From Chromatiales bacterium (GTDB lineage: Bacteria > Pseudomonadota > Gammaproteobacteria > Chromatiales > Chromatiaceae): a stretch of 34,177 nucleotides of DNA. Within the stretch, counting starts at the first letter, position 1; each line of letters starts with the position of its first letter. The stretch covers positions 1-34,177 of the forward strand of contig JASFJY010000001.1 in NCBI GenBank assembly GCA_050119415.1, given 5' to 3'. Position numbers and translations under genes: made by a program. The notes beneath the pieces were generated by a model. The model was not told where the DNA came from and did no database searches. It worked only from the letters and a program-made list of their open reading frames with translations. This document shows, piece by piece, positions 1 to 11,419 of the stretch.

Positions 1-21
1 CTGGCTTTAGTGTTTTTTGAT

Positions 22-98
<77 letters not shown>

Positions 99-111
99 TC
101 AAGGAGGGGGC

Positions 112-140
112 ATACTACCTTTGTTACACTCAGATGGCAA
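112..140 (-). promoter_or_regulatory. sigma70 promoter of tRNA-fMet
   Basis: TTGCCA-17 nt-TAGTAT followed by a GC-rich discriminator (gccccctcc) just upstream of the tRNA, as in stable-RNA promoters. Confidence 0.65.
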
Positions 141-162
141 CCCCCGATTAAAGTTCCGTCAA

Positions 163-1611
163 TCAGCCACCGAAGACGCTGCCGCAGACCGCATAGAGAC
201 CGGCCGGAAAGAGCCCCAGCACCAGCATCGAGAGACCGTTCAGCGACAACACCACCTGGGTATCCAACCCTATGGAGAGCGGGGTTTCGTCGATGGGCTG
301 GTCGAAGTACATCAGTTTGACGATGCGGATGTAGTAGAAGGCGCCGATGATGGAGAAGAAGACACCCACCAGGGCCAGCCAGGTGAGGTCGACCGAAACC
401 ACGGCGTCGAGCACGAACAGCTTGGCGAAGAAGCCCACCGTGGGCGGTACACCGGCCATGGAGAACATCAGCAGCAGCATCATGCCGGCAAACCAGGGAC
501 TGCGCTGGTTGAGCCCTTTAAAGTCCTCCAGGTTCTCCGCCTCGAAGCCTTTGCGGCTCAGGGCGATGATGACACCGAAAGCCCCCGCGGACATCAGGGC
601 ATAGACCAGGGTGTAGAACATGGCGCCCGCGTAACCCTCCTGGCTACCGGCGAGAATGCCCAACAGGATGAAGCCGACGTGGGAGATGGTCGAGTAGCCC
701 AGCATGCGCTTGATGTTGCTCTGGGCGATGGCGATCAGGTTACCTACCCCCATGGAGAGCACCGCCAGGATTATCAACATGCCCTGCCAGCCTTCCCAAC
801 CGCCATGAAGCTCGGCCAGACCGTCCACCAGCAGGCGCATGGTCAGCGCGAATGCGGCGATTTTGGGGGCGCTGCCGATGAAGAGAGTGACCGCGGTAGG
901 GGCGCCGTGGTAGATGTCGGGCACCCACATATGGAAGGGCACCGCGCCCAGCTTGAAGGCGAGGCCGATAACCAGGAAGACGATGCCGAAGACCATCACC
1001 AGTTTATTGAGATCGCCCTTTTGCACCACCTGGGCCAGCTGGTCGAACTGCAGGGTGCCGGTAGCGCCGTAGATCATGGAGATGCCGTAGAGCAGTATGC
1101 CGGAGGCCAGGGCACCGAGGACGAAATACTTCATCGCCGCCTCGGCGCCGTTGGACGATCTACGATCGAATGCGACCAGGGCATAGAGGCAGAGCGCCAG
1201 CAGTTCCAATCCCAGATAGATGGTCAGAAAGCTGTTGGCGGAGACCATGATGCTCATGCCAAGCACGGCGAACAGCCCCAGGGTGTAGAACTCACCCTTG
1301 AACAGGCCGCGCTCGCGCAGATACTCCTTGGCGTAGAGGAAGGCAAGTAAGCTGATCAGCAGAATCCCCACCTTGAGCACGTCGCTCATGGGGTCGCGAA
1401 TATAGGCCCCGTCGAACAGGATCTGGGTCTCAGGGCGGGAGACGGCGAAGGTCAGACCGATGGTCAGGATCAGACCGACCTGGGTCAGACCGTAGCTGAC
1501 AATGCGATGCTCCTCGCGAATATAGAGATCGACCACCAACACCACACAGGCGAGGGTCAGCAGAGAGAGTTCCGGCAGGACCGGGATCAGTTGTGTTGAA
1601 TCGAATTGCAT
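163..1611 (-). CDS. nuoN: NADH-quinone oxidoreductase subunit N
   Basis: Polytopic membrane protein with EAAMKYFVLGALASG, FKLGAVPFHMWVPD and NIKRMLGYSTISH. Start moved to MQFDS (1611) to avoid overlap with nuoM. Confidence 0.97.
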   Translation of the reverse strand: MQFDSTQLIPVLPELSLLTLACVVLVVDLYIREEHRIVSYGLTQVGLILTIGLTFAVSRPETQILFDGAYIRDPMSDVLKVGILLISLLAFLYAKEYLRERGLFKGEFYTLGLFAVLGMSIMVSANSFLTIYLGLELLALCLYALVAFDRRSSNGAEAAMKYFVLGALASGILLYGISMIYGATGTLQFDQLAQVVQKGDLNKLVMVFGIVFLVIGLAFKLGAVPFHMWVPDIYHGAPTAVTLFIGSAPKIAAFALTMRLLVDGLAELHGGWEGWQGMLIILAVLSMGVGNLIAIAQSNIKRMLGYSTISHVGFILLGILAGSQEGYAGAMFYTLVYALMSAGAFGVIIALSRKGFEAENLEDFKGLNQRSPWFAGMMLLLMFSMAGVPPTVGFFAKLFVLDAVVSVDLTWLALVGVFFSIIGAFYYIRIVKLMYFDQPIDETPLSIGLDTQVVLSLNGLSMLVLGLFPAGLYAVCGSVFGG

Positions 1612-1636
1612 AGTCGCGCTACCGAGTCGGGCTCCC

Positions 1637-3151
1637 TCAGTTGAGTTTCGAAACAGCGATATGTTGCAACAGGTTACTGACGGAGGCATCCATCACTTCG
1701 ACCAGAGGCGCCGGCCATAGACCCAGCAGCAGCACCGCCGCCGCCAGCGTGCCCAGCACGATGAATTCACGGCTGTTCATATCCTGCAGCGCCGCCACGC
1801 CGTCATTGGTCACTTCGCCAAAGACCACCCGCTTGACCATCCAGAGGGTGTAGGCGGCGCCGATGATGAGGGTGGTGGCGGCCAGGAAGGCGTACCAGAA
1901 ATCGGCGCGGAAGCTGGCGAGGATGACCATGAACTCACCGACGAAGCCGGAGGTACCGGGCAGTCCCGCGTTGGCCATGGCGAAAAAGACCATGAAGGCG
2001 CCAAAGATGGGCATGGTGTTGACCACGCCGCCATAGTCTTTGATCTGACGGCTGTGCAGCCGATCGTAGAGCACGCCGACGCAGAGGAACAGGGCCGCCG
2101 AGATAAAGCCGTGGGAGATCATCTGCACCATGCCCCCCTGCACGCCCAGGGCAGCGCCGCTGCCGGCGTTGTTCTGGCTGATGATGAAGACGATGAAGAA
2201 GCCGAGGGTGACAAAGCCCATGTGGGCGATCGAGGAGTAGGCGATCAACTTCTTCATATCCTGCTGGATGAGGGCGACGAAGCCGATATAGACCACCGCG
2301 ATCAGGGACATGCCGATGATCAGCCAATCCAGGGTGTAGCTAGCGTCAGGGGTGATCGGCAGGCTGAAGCGCAGGAAGCCGTAGCCACCGATCTTCAGCA
2401 TAATGGCGGCGAGGATTACCGAACCGCCGGTGGGCGCCTCGACATGGGCGTCGGGCAGCCAGGTGTGCACCGGCCACATGGGCACCTTCACAGCGAAGGC
2501 GAGCAGGAAGGCGATGAAGATCAGGATCTGCTCGGTCAGGCCCAGCTTGAGGGTATGGAAACCGAGGATATCGAAACTGCCCGACTGGAAATACATGTAG
2601 ATCAGGGCGACCAGCATGAAGACCGAGCCGAGAAATGTGTAGAGAAAGAACTTGATGGTGGCGTAGACCCGGTTGGCCCCGCCCCAGACACCGATGATGA
2701 GGAACATCGGGATCAGCATCGCCTCCCAGAAGACATAGAAGAGCATGGCGTCGAGAGCGGAGAAGACCCCCACCATCACCCCCTCCATGATGAGGAAGGC
2801 GGCCATGTACTGGGAGGGACGGTACTTGATCACCTCCCAACCGGCGATCACCACCAGTGGGGTGATGAAGGTGGTGAGGATGATCAGCGGCATGGAGATA
2901 CCATCCACACCCAGGTAGTACTCCACATCAAAGGTCGGAATCCAGGGCACCCGCTCAACGAATTGCATCTGCGCGGTGGCGCTGTCGAAGGTGAACCAGA
3001 GCGGCAGGCTGACGATAAAGGTCAGCACGGCGACCACCAGGGCAGTCCACTTGGTCGCGCTCGGTTCCCGGTCGCCACTGGCGAGCACCATCAAACCGCC
3101 GATGATCGGGAGCCAGATGGTGAGAGTGAGAATGGGCCAATCGGCATTCAT
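1637..3151 (-). CDS. nuoM: NADH-quinone oxidoreductase subunit M
   Basis: FYVFWEAMLIPM, KVPMWPVHTWLPDAHVEAPTGGS and DMKKLIAYSSIAHMG motifs; operon position. Confidence 0.98.
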   Translation of the reverse strand: MNADWPILTLTIWLPIIGGLMVLASGDREPSATKWTALVVAVLTFIVSLPLWFTFDSATAQMQFVERVPWIPTFDVEYYLGVDGISMPLIILTTFITPLVVIAGWEVIKYRPSQYMAAFLIMEGVMVGVFSALDAMLFYVFWEAMLIPMFLIIGVWGGANRVYATIKFFLYTFLGSVFMLVALIYMYFQSGSFDILGFHTLKLGLTEQILIFIAFLLAFAVKVPMWPVHTWLPDAHVEAPTGGSVILAAIMLKIGGYGFLRFSLPITPDASYTLDWLIIGMSLIAVVYIGFVALIQQDMKKLIAYSSIAHMGFVTLGFFIVFIISQNNAGSGAALGVQGGMVQMISHGFISAALFLCVGVLYDRLHSRQIKDYGGVVNTMPIFGAFMVFFAMANAGLPGTSGFVGEFMVILASFRADFWYAFLAATTLIIGAAYTLWMVKRVVFGEVTNDGVAALQDMNSREFIVLGTLAAAVLLLGLWPAPLVEVMDASVSNLLQHIAVSKLN

Positions 3152-3163
3152 GCTTAAGATCCT

Positions 3164-5152
3164 TTATAAGAAGACGAACCAGGTCAGCAGCAACAGCAGA
3201 CCCAGGATCATGGCAATGGCGTAGTGATAGAGGTATCCGGTCTGCAGATGGCGCACGACGGCGGCCAGCCAGCCGACCGAATAGGCGGAGCCGTTGACCG
3301 CCAGGCCGTCGATCAGGCCGCGGTCACCCGCCAGCCAGAGAAACTTGCCCAGCCCGCGGCTGCCGCCGGCGAAAACCGCCTGGTAGGCCTCGTCGAACCA
3401 GTACTTCTTGTCCAGCAGCTTGTAGACCGGCAACAGGCTCGATTTGACCTTGTCGGCGATGGCGGGATTAATCATATAGATGTAGAAGGCCACACCCAGA
3501 CCCGCCATGGCCAGATAGAAGGCCGGCCCGAAGAAACCGTGCAGGATGAAGCCCCCCGCCCCATGGAATCCCTCACCGATGGCACTCAGGGTATCGTGCT
3601 CCGGCAGCACATGGAGCACCCCCTTGAACCAGTCGCCGAAGAGCATCGGCCCGATGGTCAGGTAACCGAGAATCACCGATGGGATGGCGAGCAGGATCAG
3701 CGGCACGGTCACCACCTTGGGCGATTCGTGTAGATGTTCCTTGGCATGTTCGTCCCGGGGACCCTCGCCATGGAAGACCAGAAAGAACATGCGGAAGCTG
3801 TAGAGAGCGGTAACGAAAACGCCGGCCAGCACCAGCACGTAGGCGTAGCCCGCCGCAGCGAGATCGGAGTGATGCACCGCTTCTATGATGGCGTCCTTGG
3901 AGAAGAAGCCGGAGAATCCCGGGAAGCCGATCAGGGCCAGGGAGCCCAACAGGGAGGTCCAGTAAGTGATCGGCATATATTTCCTGACACCGCCCATGTG
4001 GCGGATATCCTGATCGTGGTGCATACCGATGATAACCGAGCCGGCGGCGAGGAAGAGCAGCGCCTTGAAGAAGGCGTGGGTCATCAGATGGAAGATGCCG
4101 GCGGCGTAGGCGGAGGCGCCCAGGGCCACCATCATGTAGCCCAGCTGGGAGAGTGTCGAGTAGGCCACCACCCGCTTGATGTCGTTCTGCACGATGCCGA
4201 TCAGGCCGGTGAAGAAGGCGGTGGTGGCGCCGATCACCAGCACGAAGTTGAGCGCGGTCTCCGACAGTTCATAGAGGGGCGACATGCGCGCCACCATGAA
4301 GATACCGGCGGTGACCATGGTGGCGGCGTGGATCAGGGCCGAGATGGGAGTCGGGCCCTCCATGGAGTCGGGCAGCCAGACATGCAGCGGCACCTGGGCC
4401 GACTTGCCCATGGCGCCTATGAAGAGCAGGATGCCGATCACCGACATCAGGGACCAGTCGGTCTCGCCGAAGATCTGGATCTGGGTGTCGGCCAGCCCGG
4501 GCGCCTTGGTGAAGACCTCGGCATAGTCGAGGCTGTTGGTATACATGGCGATGGCGGCGATGCCGAGGATGAAACCGAAGTCACCCACCCGGTTGACCAG
4601 GAAGGCTTTCAGATTGGCGAAGATCGCCGTCGGCCGCACCGACCAGAAGCCGATCAGCAGGTAGGAGACCAGGCCAACCGCCTCCCAGCCGAAGAAGAGC
4701 TGGAGGAAGTTGTTGGACATCACCAGCATCAGCATGGAGAAGGTGAAGAGCGATATGTAGCTGAAGAAGCGCTGGTAGGAGTTGCGCCCCGCCAGGCTGG
4801 TCTTGGGCCAGTTGTGCTCGTCGTCGGCCATGTAGCCGATGGTATAGATATGCACGCAGAAGGAGACGAAGGTCACCACGCTGATCATCACGGCTGTCAG
4901 CTGATCGACCAGGAAACCAACCTGCATATTCAGGCCGTCGCTCACCATCCAGGTGTAGACCGGACCGTTGAAGACCTCGGCGTCGTCGAACATGAAGCGC
5001 TTCAACACATAGAACGAGAGCAGCACTGAGACGCCGACACCGGTGCTAGTCACCCAATGGGAGCCCTTGCGGCCGATGGTGCCACCGAGAAACCCGGCTA
5101 TGATGGCCCCCGCGAGTGGCGCCAGCACGATTGTCAGATAGATATTTTCCAT
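3164..5152 (-). CDS. nuoL: NADH-quinone oxidoreductase subunit L
   Basis: GKSAQVPLHVWLPDSMEGPTPISALIHAATMV, DIKRVVAYSTLSQLGYM and HAFFKALLF motifs. Confidence 0.98.
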   Translation of the reverse strand: MENIYLTIVLAPLAGAIIAGFLGGTIGRKGSHWVTSTGVGVSVLLSFYVLKRFMFDDAEVFNGPVYTWMVSDGLNMQVGFLVDQLTAVMISVVTFVSFCVHIYTIGYMADDEHNWPKTSLAGRNSYQRFFSYISLFTFSMLMLVMSNNFLQLFFGWEAVGLVSYLLIGFWSVRPTAIFANLKAFLVNRVGDFGFILGIAAIAMYTNSLDYAEVFTKAPGLADTQIQIFGETDWSLMSVIGILLFIGAMGKSAQVPLHVWLPDSMEGPTPISALIHAATMVTAGIFMVARMSPLYELSETALNFVLVIGATTAFFTGLIGIVQNDIKRVVAYSTLSQLGYMMVALGASAYAAGIFHLMTHAFFKALLFLAAGSVIIGMHHDQDIRHMGGVRKYMPITYWTSLLGSLALIGFPGFSGFFSKDAIIEAVHHSDLAAAGYAYVLVLAGVFVTALYSFRMFFLVFHGEGPRDEHAKEHLHESPKVVTVPLILLAIPSVILGYLTIGPMLFGDWFKGVLHVLPEHDTLSAIGEGFHGAGGFILHGFFGPAFYLAMAGLGVAFYIYMINPAIADKVKSSLLPVYKLLDKKYWFDEAYQAVFAGGSRGLGKFLWLAGDRGLIDGLAVNGSAYSVGWLAAVVRHLQTGYLYHYAIAMILGLLLLLTWFVFL

Positions 5153-5246
5153 AACCGTTTTCTGTTAACCCTTTGCCCTCAAATCCCCGTAAAAACACAA
5201 AATCCTTTTGTATTCATTCGCGTTCATTCGCGGACTAAAAAAAACA

Positions 5247-5552
5247 CTACCCCTTCAACACATCCATATCCTGCACATTGATGCTCTGCTTGCTGCGGAA
5301 GAGCACTACCAGGATGGCCAAGCCGATGGCGGCTTCGGCTGCGGCCACGGTGAGGATGAAGAAAACGAAGACCTGCCCCGCCGTGTCCCCCAGAAAGTGG
5401 GAGAAGGCGATGAAATTGATATTGACCGCCAGCAGCATCAGCTCCACGCACATCAGCAGGACGATGACATTCTTGCGGTTGATGAAGATGCCCGCGACAC
5501 TGATAGCGAAGAGGATGGCAGCAACAATGAGATAGTCGGAGAGTGCAATCAT
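5247..5552 (-). CDS. nuoK: NADH-quinone oxidoreductase subunit K
   Basis: 101 aa from MIALSDY; ELMLLAVN and [11 protein letters not shown] motifs. Confidence 0.96.
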   Translation of the reverse strand: MIALSDYLIVAAILFAISVAGIFINRKNVIVLLMCVELMLLAVNINFIAFSHFLGDTAGQVFVFFILTVAAAEAAIGLAILVVLFRSKQSINVQDMDVLKG

Positions 5553-5556
5553 GGCT

Positions 5557-6159
5557 TCATCCTTTCTCGGCGTCCATCGAGACCATGCGCACACGGTCTG
5601 CGCGCTTGATCACAACCTGGTCGGCCGGATCGAGATATTTGGTATCGCTACGCTTGCGCATGGTCAGGCCGATGGCGGCGATAATCGCCACCAGCAGGAT
5701 CACCGCAGCGATCTCAAAGGGGTACATATGGACGGTGTAGAGGATACTGCCCAACTCCTCGGTATTGCTGTAGTCGGCGGCGTGACGTGCCGGCGCGGCA
5801 TACTGTTCCAGGCCGAAGTTGGCGGGACCGACCACCAGGATCAGCTCCGCCGCCATGGCGATGGCCATGACCAGGCCCAATGGCAGAAGTTTGATGAACC
5901 CCGCACGCAGCACCGCCAAATCGATGTCAAGCATCATCAGTACGAAGAGAAAGAGCACCATGACCGCGCCCACATAGACCAGCACCAACACGATGGCCAG
6001 GAACTCCGCCTCGGCCAGCAGCCAGAGGCCGCTGCTGGCGAAGAAGGCGAGGATCAGAAACAGGGCCGAGTGGACCGGGTTGCGTCGCGTGACGACCATG
6101 GTGGCCGCCAGAATCACGACAGCCGACAGCACGTAGAAAATCAGCTTTTCAAAGGTCAT
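5557..6159 (-). CDS. nuoJ: NADH-quinone oxidoreductase subunit J
   Basis: [10 protein letters not shown] and [28 protein letters not shown] motifs. Confidence 0.97.
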   Translation of the reverse strand: MTFEKLIFYVLSAVVILAATMVVTRRNPVHSALFLILAFFASSGLWLLAEAEFLAIVLVLVYVGAVMVLFLFVLMMLDIDLAVLRAGFIKLLPLGLVMAIAMAAELILVVGPANFGLEQYAAPARHAADYSNTEELGSILYTVHMYPFEIAAVILLVAIIAAIGLTMRKRSDTKYLDPADQVVIKRADRVRMVSMDAEKG

Positions 6160-6195
6160 AGACAGTTCCTGTTCTCATTGAAGAATCCCATCGCC

Positions 6196-6684
6196 TTAGC
6201 GGTATTTCGCCTGCGCCTCAATGTCCGCCGCGATCTGCGCCTCATGCTTGTCGCCGATCGTCAGCAGGTCCTGTTTGGTCATGACATTGTCGCCCCGGTT
6301 CTCGAAGTGGTACTCGTAGACACGGGTTTCGACGATGGCGTCCACCGGACAGGCCTCCTGGCAGTAGCCGCAGTAGATGCATTTGAAGAGATCGATATCA
6401 TAGCGGGTGGTACGGCGCGAGCCATCCTCCCGGGGTTCAGCCTCGATGGTGATGGCCAACGCAGGACAGGTCGCCTCGCACAGCTTACAGGCGATGCAAC
6501 GCTCCTCACCATTGGCATAACGGCGCAGGGCATGCAGACCGCGAAAGCGTGGCGAAACCGGCGCCTTCTCCTCCGGATACATGACGGTGAACTTCTTACC
6601 GAAGAGATAGCGACCCGTGACCGTGAGGCCTTTGAACAGCTCCAGCAGAAAGAGACTCTTGAAATAGTTGGATAACGCTTTCAT
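6196..6684 (-). CDS. nuoI: NADH-quinone oxidoreductase subunit I
   Basis: Two ferredoxin motifs, [12 protein letters not shown] and [12 protein letters not shown]. Start MKALS (6684) chosen for its GAGG SD spacing; 6693 is the alternative. Confidence 0.97.
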   Translation of the reverse strand: MKALSNYFKSLFLLELFKGLTVTGRYLFGKKFTVMYPEEKAPVSPRFRGLHALRRYANGEERCIACKLCEATCPALAITIEAEPREDGSRRTTRYDIDLFKCIYCGYCQEACPVDAIVETRVYEYHFENRGDNVMTKQDLLTIGDKHEAQIAADIEAQAKYR

Positions 6685-6695
6685 CAGTGACATCC

Positions 6696-7751
6696 TCAGT
6701 CGAACCACCAAGGCACTTGATAGACCACCGCGAGACCGACGACAGCGATCCAAACAATCGTGATCGGTATAAAGACCTTCCAACCCAGGCGCATGATCTG
6801 GTCATAGCGATAACGGGGGAAGGTTGCCCGCAGCCAGAGAAACAGGAACATGAAGAAACCGGTTTTCAACACCAGCCAGAAGAAGCCGGGCACCCAATCG
6901 AACAGGGCTCCCACCAGCGGCCAGCCCTGGAAGGGTGACAGCCAGCCGCCCATGAACATGATCGCAATGAGGGCCGAGATCAGGATCATGTTGGCGTACT
7001 CGGCGAGGAAGAAGACAGCAAAGGTCATGCCCGAGTACTCCACATGGAAACCGGCCACGATCTCCGATTCGCCCTCGGCCACATCGAAGGGTGCACGGTT
7101 GGTCTCGGCCACACCGGAGATCACGTAGATGGCAAACAGGGGCAGCAGGGGCAGCCAGAACCAGGAGAACAGCCCCCCCTCCTGGGCCTTGATTATCTCT
7201 CCCAGGTTGAGACTGCCGGCCGCCACCAGCACGCCCACCAGGGCGAAGCCCATGGCGATCTCGTAGGCCACGATCTGCGCCGCCGAGCGCATGGCGCCGA
7301 GAAAGGCGTATTTGGAGTTGGAGGCCCAGCCGGCGATGATCACGCCATAGACGCCCACCGAAGTCAGGGCCAGGATATAGAGCAGCCCGGCGTTGATATT
7401 CGACAGTACCAGTTTCTCATCGAAAGGAATTACCGCCCAGGCGGCCAGAGCGGGCCCCAGGGTAATGGCCGGCGCCAGCATGAAGAGAAACTTGTTGGCG
7501 TTGGTCGGAATGACGATCTCTTTGAACATCAGCTTGACCGCATCGGCGATGGGCTGCAGCCACCCCTTGGGACCGACCCGGTTGGGTCCGACACGCACAT
7601 GCATGTAGGCAAGGATTTTGCGCTCCGCATAGGTGTAGTAGGCCACCACCAGCATCAGCGGCACGACAATGAACAGGATTTTGAGCAGCGTCCAGATCAG
7701 GTATTGGAGTTCGGCGGGCAGGATTGCCCAGAGACTGTTGAAGTATTCCAT
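6696..7751 (-). CDS. nuoH: NADH-quinone oxidoreductase subunit H
   Basis: [35 protein letters not shown] and [14 protein letters not shown] motifs. Confidence 0.98.
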   Translation of the reverse strand: MEYFNSLWAILPAELQYLIWTLLKILFIVVPLMLVVAYYTYAERKILAYMHVRVGPNRVGPKGWLQPIADAVKLMFKEIVIPTNANKFLFMLAPAITLGPALAAWAVIPFDEKLVLSNINAGLLYILALTSVGVYGVIIAGWASNSKYAFLGAMRSAAQIVAYEIAMGFALVGVLVAAGSLNLGEIIKAQEGGLFSWFWLPLLPLFAIYVISGVAETNRAPFDVAEGESEIVAGFHVEYSGMTFAVFFLAEYANMILISALIAIMFMGGWLSPFQGWPLVGALFDWVPGFFWLVLKTGFFMFLFLWLRATFPRYRYDQIMRLGWKVFIPITIVWIAVVGLAVVYQVPWWFD

Positions 7752-7754
7752 CGG

Positions 7755-10112
7755 TTACGCCTTCTCCACGGTCACTACGCCAAAGGGTTGCCCCAACGCG
7801 GCGGTCTCCGCCAGTCCCGTCGAAATCCAGGCACAGCCTTCGGGGAGACTGTCGTCGAGCTCCAGGGGCAGGTTCGCCTGATAACCGTTCTGTTTCACCA
7901 GGGCCAGCTCCGTGGCGGCCAGGCCAAGCCGTTCGGCTTCCGCCGGATGCAGACGAATCGCCGGGCTGCCGGCATCATGGGTCTGTTGCAGGGCTTCGGC
8001 CCGGCGCACCAGGGGATCGATGGCATAGAGCGGCGTGTCGCCGCCCCTCAGCAATCCCTCGGCCGTCAGTTGCCGCACCGGATTGCCGGAGAGCGTCAAG
8101 CGGTTGGCCGGCAAGGCTTCGCCGCAGAGGTCCTGGAGTTCCGCCAGCACCTGCCCCGCATCGACATAATCGAATCCCTCCACATCGAGCAGATTGCCCA
8201 ATACACGGAGAATCTTCCAGCCGGGACGGGCCTCGCCCTGGGGTTTCACCACCCCGCGGTTGGTCTGCCAAACCCCCTCGGCATTCACGTAGGTGCCCGC
8301 GGTCTCCGCAAAGAGTCCCATCGGCAGCAGGATATCGGCGCAGGCCTCCAGCTGGGGACTGCGGAAGGCGCTCAGGGCCACCACGATATCGGCACTCTGC
8401 AAGGCACTCATGGAAAGGGCACCATCCCAGAAATCGAGACCCGGTTCGACCCCCATCAGCAAATAGCCCTTGCGGGGCAACTTGAGCATGTTAATGACAT
8501 CCAGGCCTGCCTCGTCAGCCACCTTTGCGCCGGCCTGCAGACAGGGTAGCGCGCCGGCCAGCTGAGCGCCGAGGCTGTTGGAGGCGGCCGGCACCACGCA
8601 AAGTATGGCGCCGGTGGCCTCAGCCAGGGCCGAGGCCAGCGCCCCGATCAGGGCGTAATCGGGATGGGCCTGGGCCAACGCGCCAAGCATCACTGCCGCC
8701 GCATCGGCCTGCTTGAGGGCCTTGGCCGTAGCCTCGGCAGCGGTGTCGGCCTCGGCCGAGCGGATCAGCTCGGCCAGGCCACCCTCGCCCTTGACGCCGG
8801 CGGCCTTGGCCACCGCGGCCAGGGCATCGACCATTCCGGCGGGTCCGGCCACGGTCTGGGTTGCCACATGGTTCAATTCCAGGCGCAGGGGATTGAGGTA
8901 GTGGAGTTCAGCGCCGGCCAGGGCCGCCTTACGTAGGCGGTGGGCCAGGATCGGCTGCTCCTTACGCAGGTTTCCGCCGACAACCAGAGCGCTGTTCAAC
9001 TGTTCCACCTCGGCGATCTTCATGCCCAGCCAGCTGACGCCGGGTCTCTCCTTGTCGAGCCGGAAGTCGCCCTGGCGCAGACGGCTGTCGATGTTATTGC
9101 CGCCGAGACCGCGCACCAGCTTCTGCGCCAGATAGAGTTCCTCCAGGGTCGACGCGGGTGAAACCAGGGCGCCGATCTGCTCGCCCTCGCCGATCTCCCT
9201 GAAGGCGACGGCGGCCATCTCGAGGGCCATCTCCCAGCTCACCTCCTGCCACTCGCCGCCCTTCTTGATCATGGGGGCGGTCAACCGCTCGGCGCTGTAG
9301 AGACCTTCATAACTGTAGCGATCACGGTCGGAGATCCAGGTCTCGTTGATCGATTCGTTGTCACGGGGATGAACCCGCATCACCTTGTTGCCGCGCAGGT
9401 GGAGGTTGATGTTGGAACCGACACTGTCGTGGGGCGCAACACCTTCCACCTGGGTCAGCTCCCAGGCACGGGCGCTGAAGCGGAAGGGCTTGGAGGTGAG
9501 GGCGCCTACAGGGCAGAGGTCGATGACGTTGCCGGAGAGTTCCGAATCGACGCTCCTCTCGATATAGGTGCCGATCTGCATATGCTCGCCACGGCCGGTG
9601 GCCCCCAATTCGCGGATGCCGGCGATCTCCTGGCCGAAACGCACGCAACGGGTGCAGTGGATACAGCGGGTCATGTCGGTGGCGATCAGCGGGCCGATGT
9701 TCTTGTCGACCACCACCCGCTTGCCCTCACTGTAACGAGAGACGTCGCTGCCGTAGCCCATGGCCACATCCTGCAGCTCACACTCACCGCCCTGATCGCA
9801 GATCGGGCAGTCGAGGGGGTGGTTGATGAGCAGAAACTCCATGGTCCCCTGCTGCGCCGCCAGCGCCTTGGGCGAGCGGGTGTAGACCTTCATGCCATCG
9901 CTGACGGGGGTGGCGCAGGCCGGCAGCGGCTTGGGCGCCTTTTCCACCTCAACCAGACACATACGACAGTTGGCCGCGACCGAAAGCTTCTTGTGGTAGC
10001 AGAAGCGCGGGATACGGATACCCGCCGCGTCGGTAACCTCGATCAGCATGCTACCGGCCTGCGCCTGTAGTTCGCGGCCGTCGACTTCAATGGTGACTTT
10101 GGTGTCTGTCAT
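7755..10112 (-). CDS. nuoG: NADH-quinone oxidoreductase subunit G
   Basis: PRFCYHKKLSVAANCRMCLV, HPLDCPICDQGGECELQD and CIHCTRCVRF Fe-S motifs. Confidence 0.98.
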   Translation of the reverse strand: MTDTKVTIEVDGRELQAQAGSMLIEVTDAAGIRIPRFCYHKKLSVAANCRMCLVEVEKAPKPLPACATPVSDGMKVYTRSPKALAAQQGTMEFLLINHPLDCPICDQGGECELQDVAMGYGSDVSRYSEGKRVVVDKNIGPLIATDMTRCIHCTRCVRFGQEIAGIRELGATGRGEHMQIGTYIERSVDSELSGNVIDLCPVGALTSKPFRFSARAWELTQVEGVAPHDSVGSNINLHLRGNKVMRVHPRDNESINETWISDRDRYSYEGLYSAERLTAPMIKKGGEWQEVSWEMALEMAAVAFREIGEGEQIGALVSPASTLEELYLAQKLVRGLGGNNIDSRLRQGDFRLDKERPGVSWLGMKIAEVEQLNSALVVGGNLRKEQPILAHRLRKAALAGAELHYLNPLRLELNHVATQTVAGPAGMVDALAAVAKAAGVKGEGGLAELIRSAEADTAAEATAKALKQADAAAVMLGALAQAHPDYALIGALASALAEATGAILCVVPAASNSLGAQLAGALPCLQAGAKVADEAGLDVINMLKLPRKGYLLMGVEPGLDFWDGALSMSALQSADIVVALSAFRSPQLEACADILLPMGLFAETAGTYVNAEGVWQTNRGVVKPQGEARPGWKILRVLGNLLDVEGFDYVDAGQVLAELQDLCGEALPANRLTLSGNPVRQLTAEGLLRGGDTPLYAIDPLVRRAEALQQTHDAGSPAIRLHPAEAERLGLAATELALVKQNGYQANLPLELDDSLPEGCAWISTGLAETAALGQPFGVVTVEKA

Positions 10113-10141
10113 CGTGGTCTACTGTCTCTCTGGCCCTAACC

Positions 10142-11416
10142 TTAGCCGATCCCGACCAGGCAGCGCTTGTGGTCGATGTGATACTGAAACTCGTCACGGA
10201 AGTGACGCAACATGCCTTGCACCGGCATGGCCGCGGCGTCGCCCAGGGCGCAGATGGTCTTGCCGCTGATCTTGGCCGCCACGTCGTCGAGCAGGTCCAG
10301 GTCCTCCTGACGACCCTGCCCCTTCTCGATGCGGTGCACCACCCGGTAGAGCCAACCGGTGCCCTCGCGGCAAGGGGTGCACTGGCCACAAGACTCTTCA
10401 TGGTAGAAGTAGGACATGCGCTCAAGCACCTTGACCATGCAGTTGCTGTCGTCGAGCACGATCACCGCGCCGGAACCGAGCATGGAGCCGGCGCCGGCGA
10501 TGCTGTCGTAATCCATGGTCAGCTCCATCATCTGCTCGCCTGGAATCACCGGTGCTGAAGAACCGCCGGGGATCACCGCCTTGATCTTGCGCCCGTCCCT
10601 CATGCCGCCGGCCATCTCCAGCAGTTGCGAAAAGGGAGTGCCCATGGGGATCTCGAAGACGCCGGGATTATTGATGTTGCCGGAGATGGAAAAGAGCTTG
10701 GAACCGCCGCTGTTCTTGACCCCGAGCTGAACGAACCAGTCGCCCCCCTTCTCCAGGATCATGGGGATCGAGGCCAGCGACTCAGTGTTGTTGATGATGG
10801 TGGGACAACCGTAGAGACCGAAGTGAGCCGGAAACGGCGGCTTGTAGCGCGGCTGCCCCTTCTTGCCCTCGATCGACTCCAGCAACGCCGTCTCCTCGCC
10901 ACAGATATAGGCGCCGGCGCCAAGATGGGTGTGGAGTTCGAAATCGAAGCCGGAACCGAGCAGATTCTCACCCAGGAAACCGGCCTCGCGGGCCTCTTCC
11001 AGGGCCTGTTCGAAACGCTCGTAGGGCTCCCAGAATTCGCCGCGAATGTAGTTGTAGCCGCGGGTTGCGCCGATGGCATAGCCGGCCAGAATCATCCCCT
11101 CGATCAGCTGATGGGGGTTGTAGCGCAGGATATCCCGGTCCTTGAAGGTGCCGGGCTCACCCTCGTCTGAGTTACAGACCACGTACTTCTGGCCGGGTGC
11201 GTTACGGGAGATGAAGCTCCATTTGAGGCCGGTGGGAAAACCGGCGCCGCCACGGCCACGCAGCCCCGACTTCTTCACCTCTTCGATGATCGCTTCAGGC
11301 GGTGTCTTCTCGGTCAGCACCTTCTTCAGCATCTGATAGCCGCCACGGCTCCGGTACTGTTCCAGCAGCCAGGGGCGTTCCAGATCGAGGGTGCGCAGGC
11401 AGACTTCGTTGGCCAT
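10142..11416 (-). CDS. nuoF: NADH-quinone oxidoreductase subunit F
   Basis: [27 protein letters not shown] and [12 protein letters not shown] motifs. Confidence 0.98.
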   Translation of the reverse strand: MANEVCLRTLDLERPWLLEQYRSRGGYQMLKKVLTEKTPPEAIIEEVKKSGLRGRGGAGFPTGLKWSFISRNAPGQKYVVCNSDEGEPGTFKDRDILRYNPHQLIEGMILAGYAIGATRGYNYIRGEFWEPYERFEQALEEAREAGFLGENLLGSGFDFELHTHLGAGAYICGEETALLESIEGKKGQPRYKPPFPAHFGLYGCPTIINNTESLASIPMILEKGGDWFVQLGVKNSGGSKLFSISGNINNPGVFEIPMGTPFSQLLEMAGGMRDGRKIKAVIPGGSSAPVIPGEQMMELTMDYDSIAGAGSMLGSGAVIVLDDSNCMVKVLERMSYFYHEESCGQCTPCREGTGWLYRVVHRIEKGQGRQEDLDLLDDVAAKISGKTICALGDAAAMPVQGMLRHFRDEFQYHIDHKRCLVGIG

Positions 11417-11419
11417 GGC

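Noticed and set aside
9400-9450. NuoG lacks the N7 cluster cysteines (APHDSVGSN)
   Set aside because: Loss of N7 is common outside enterobacteria and Thermus; not unusual.
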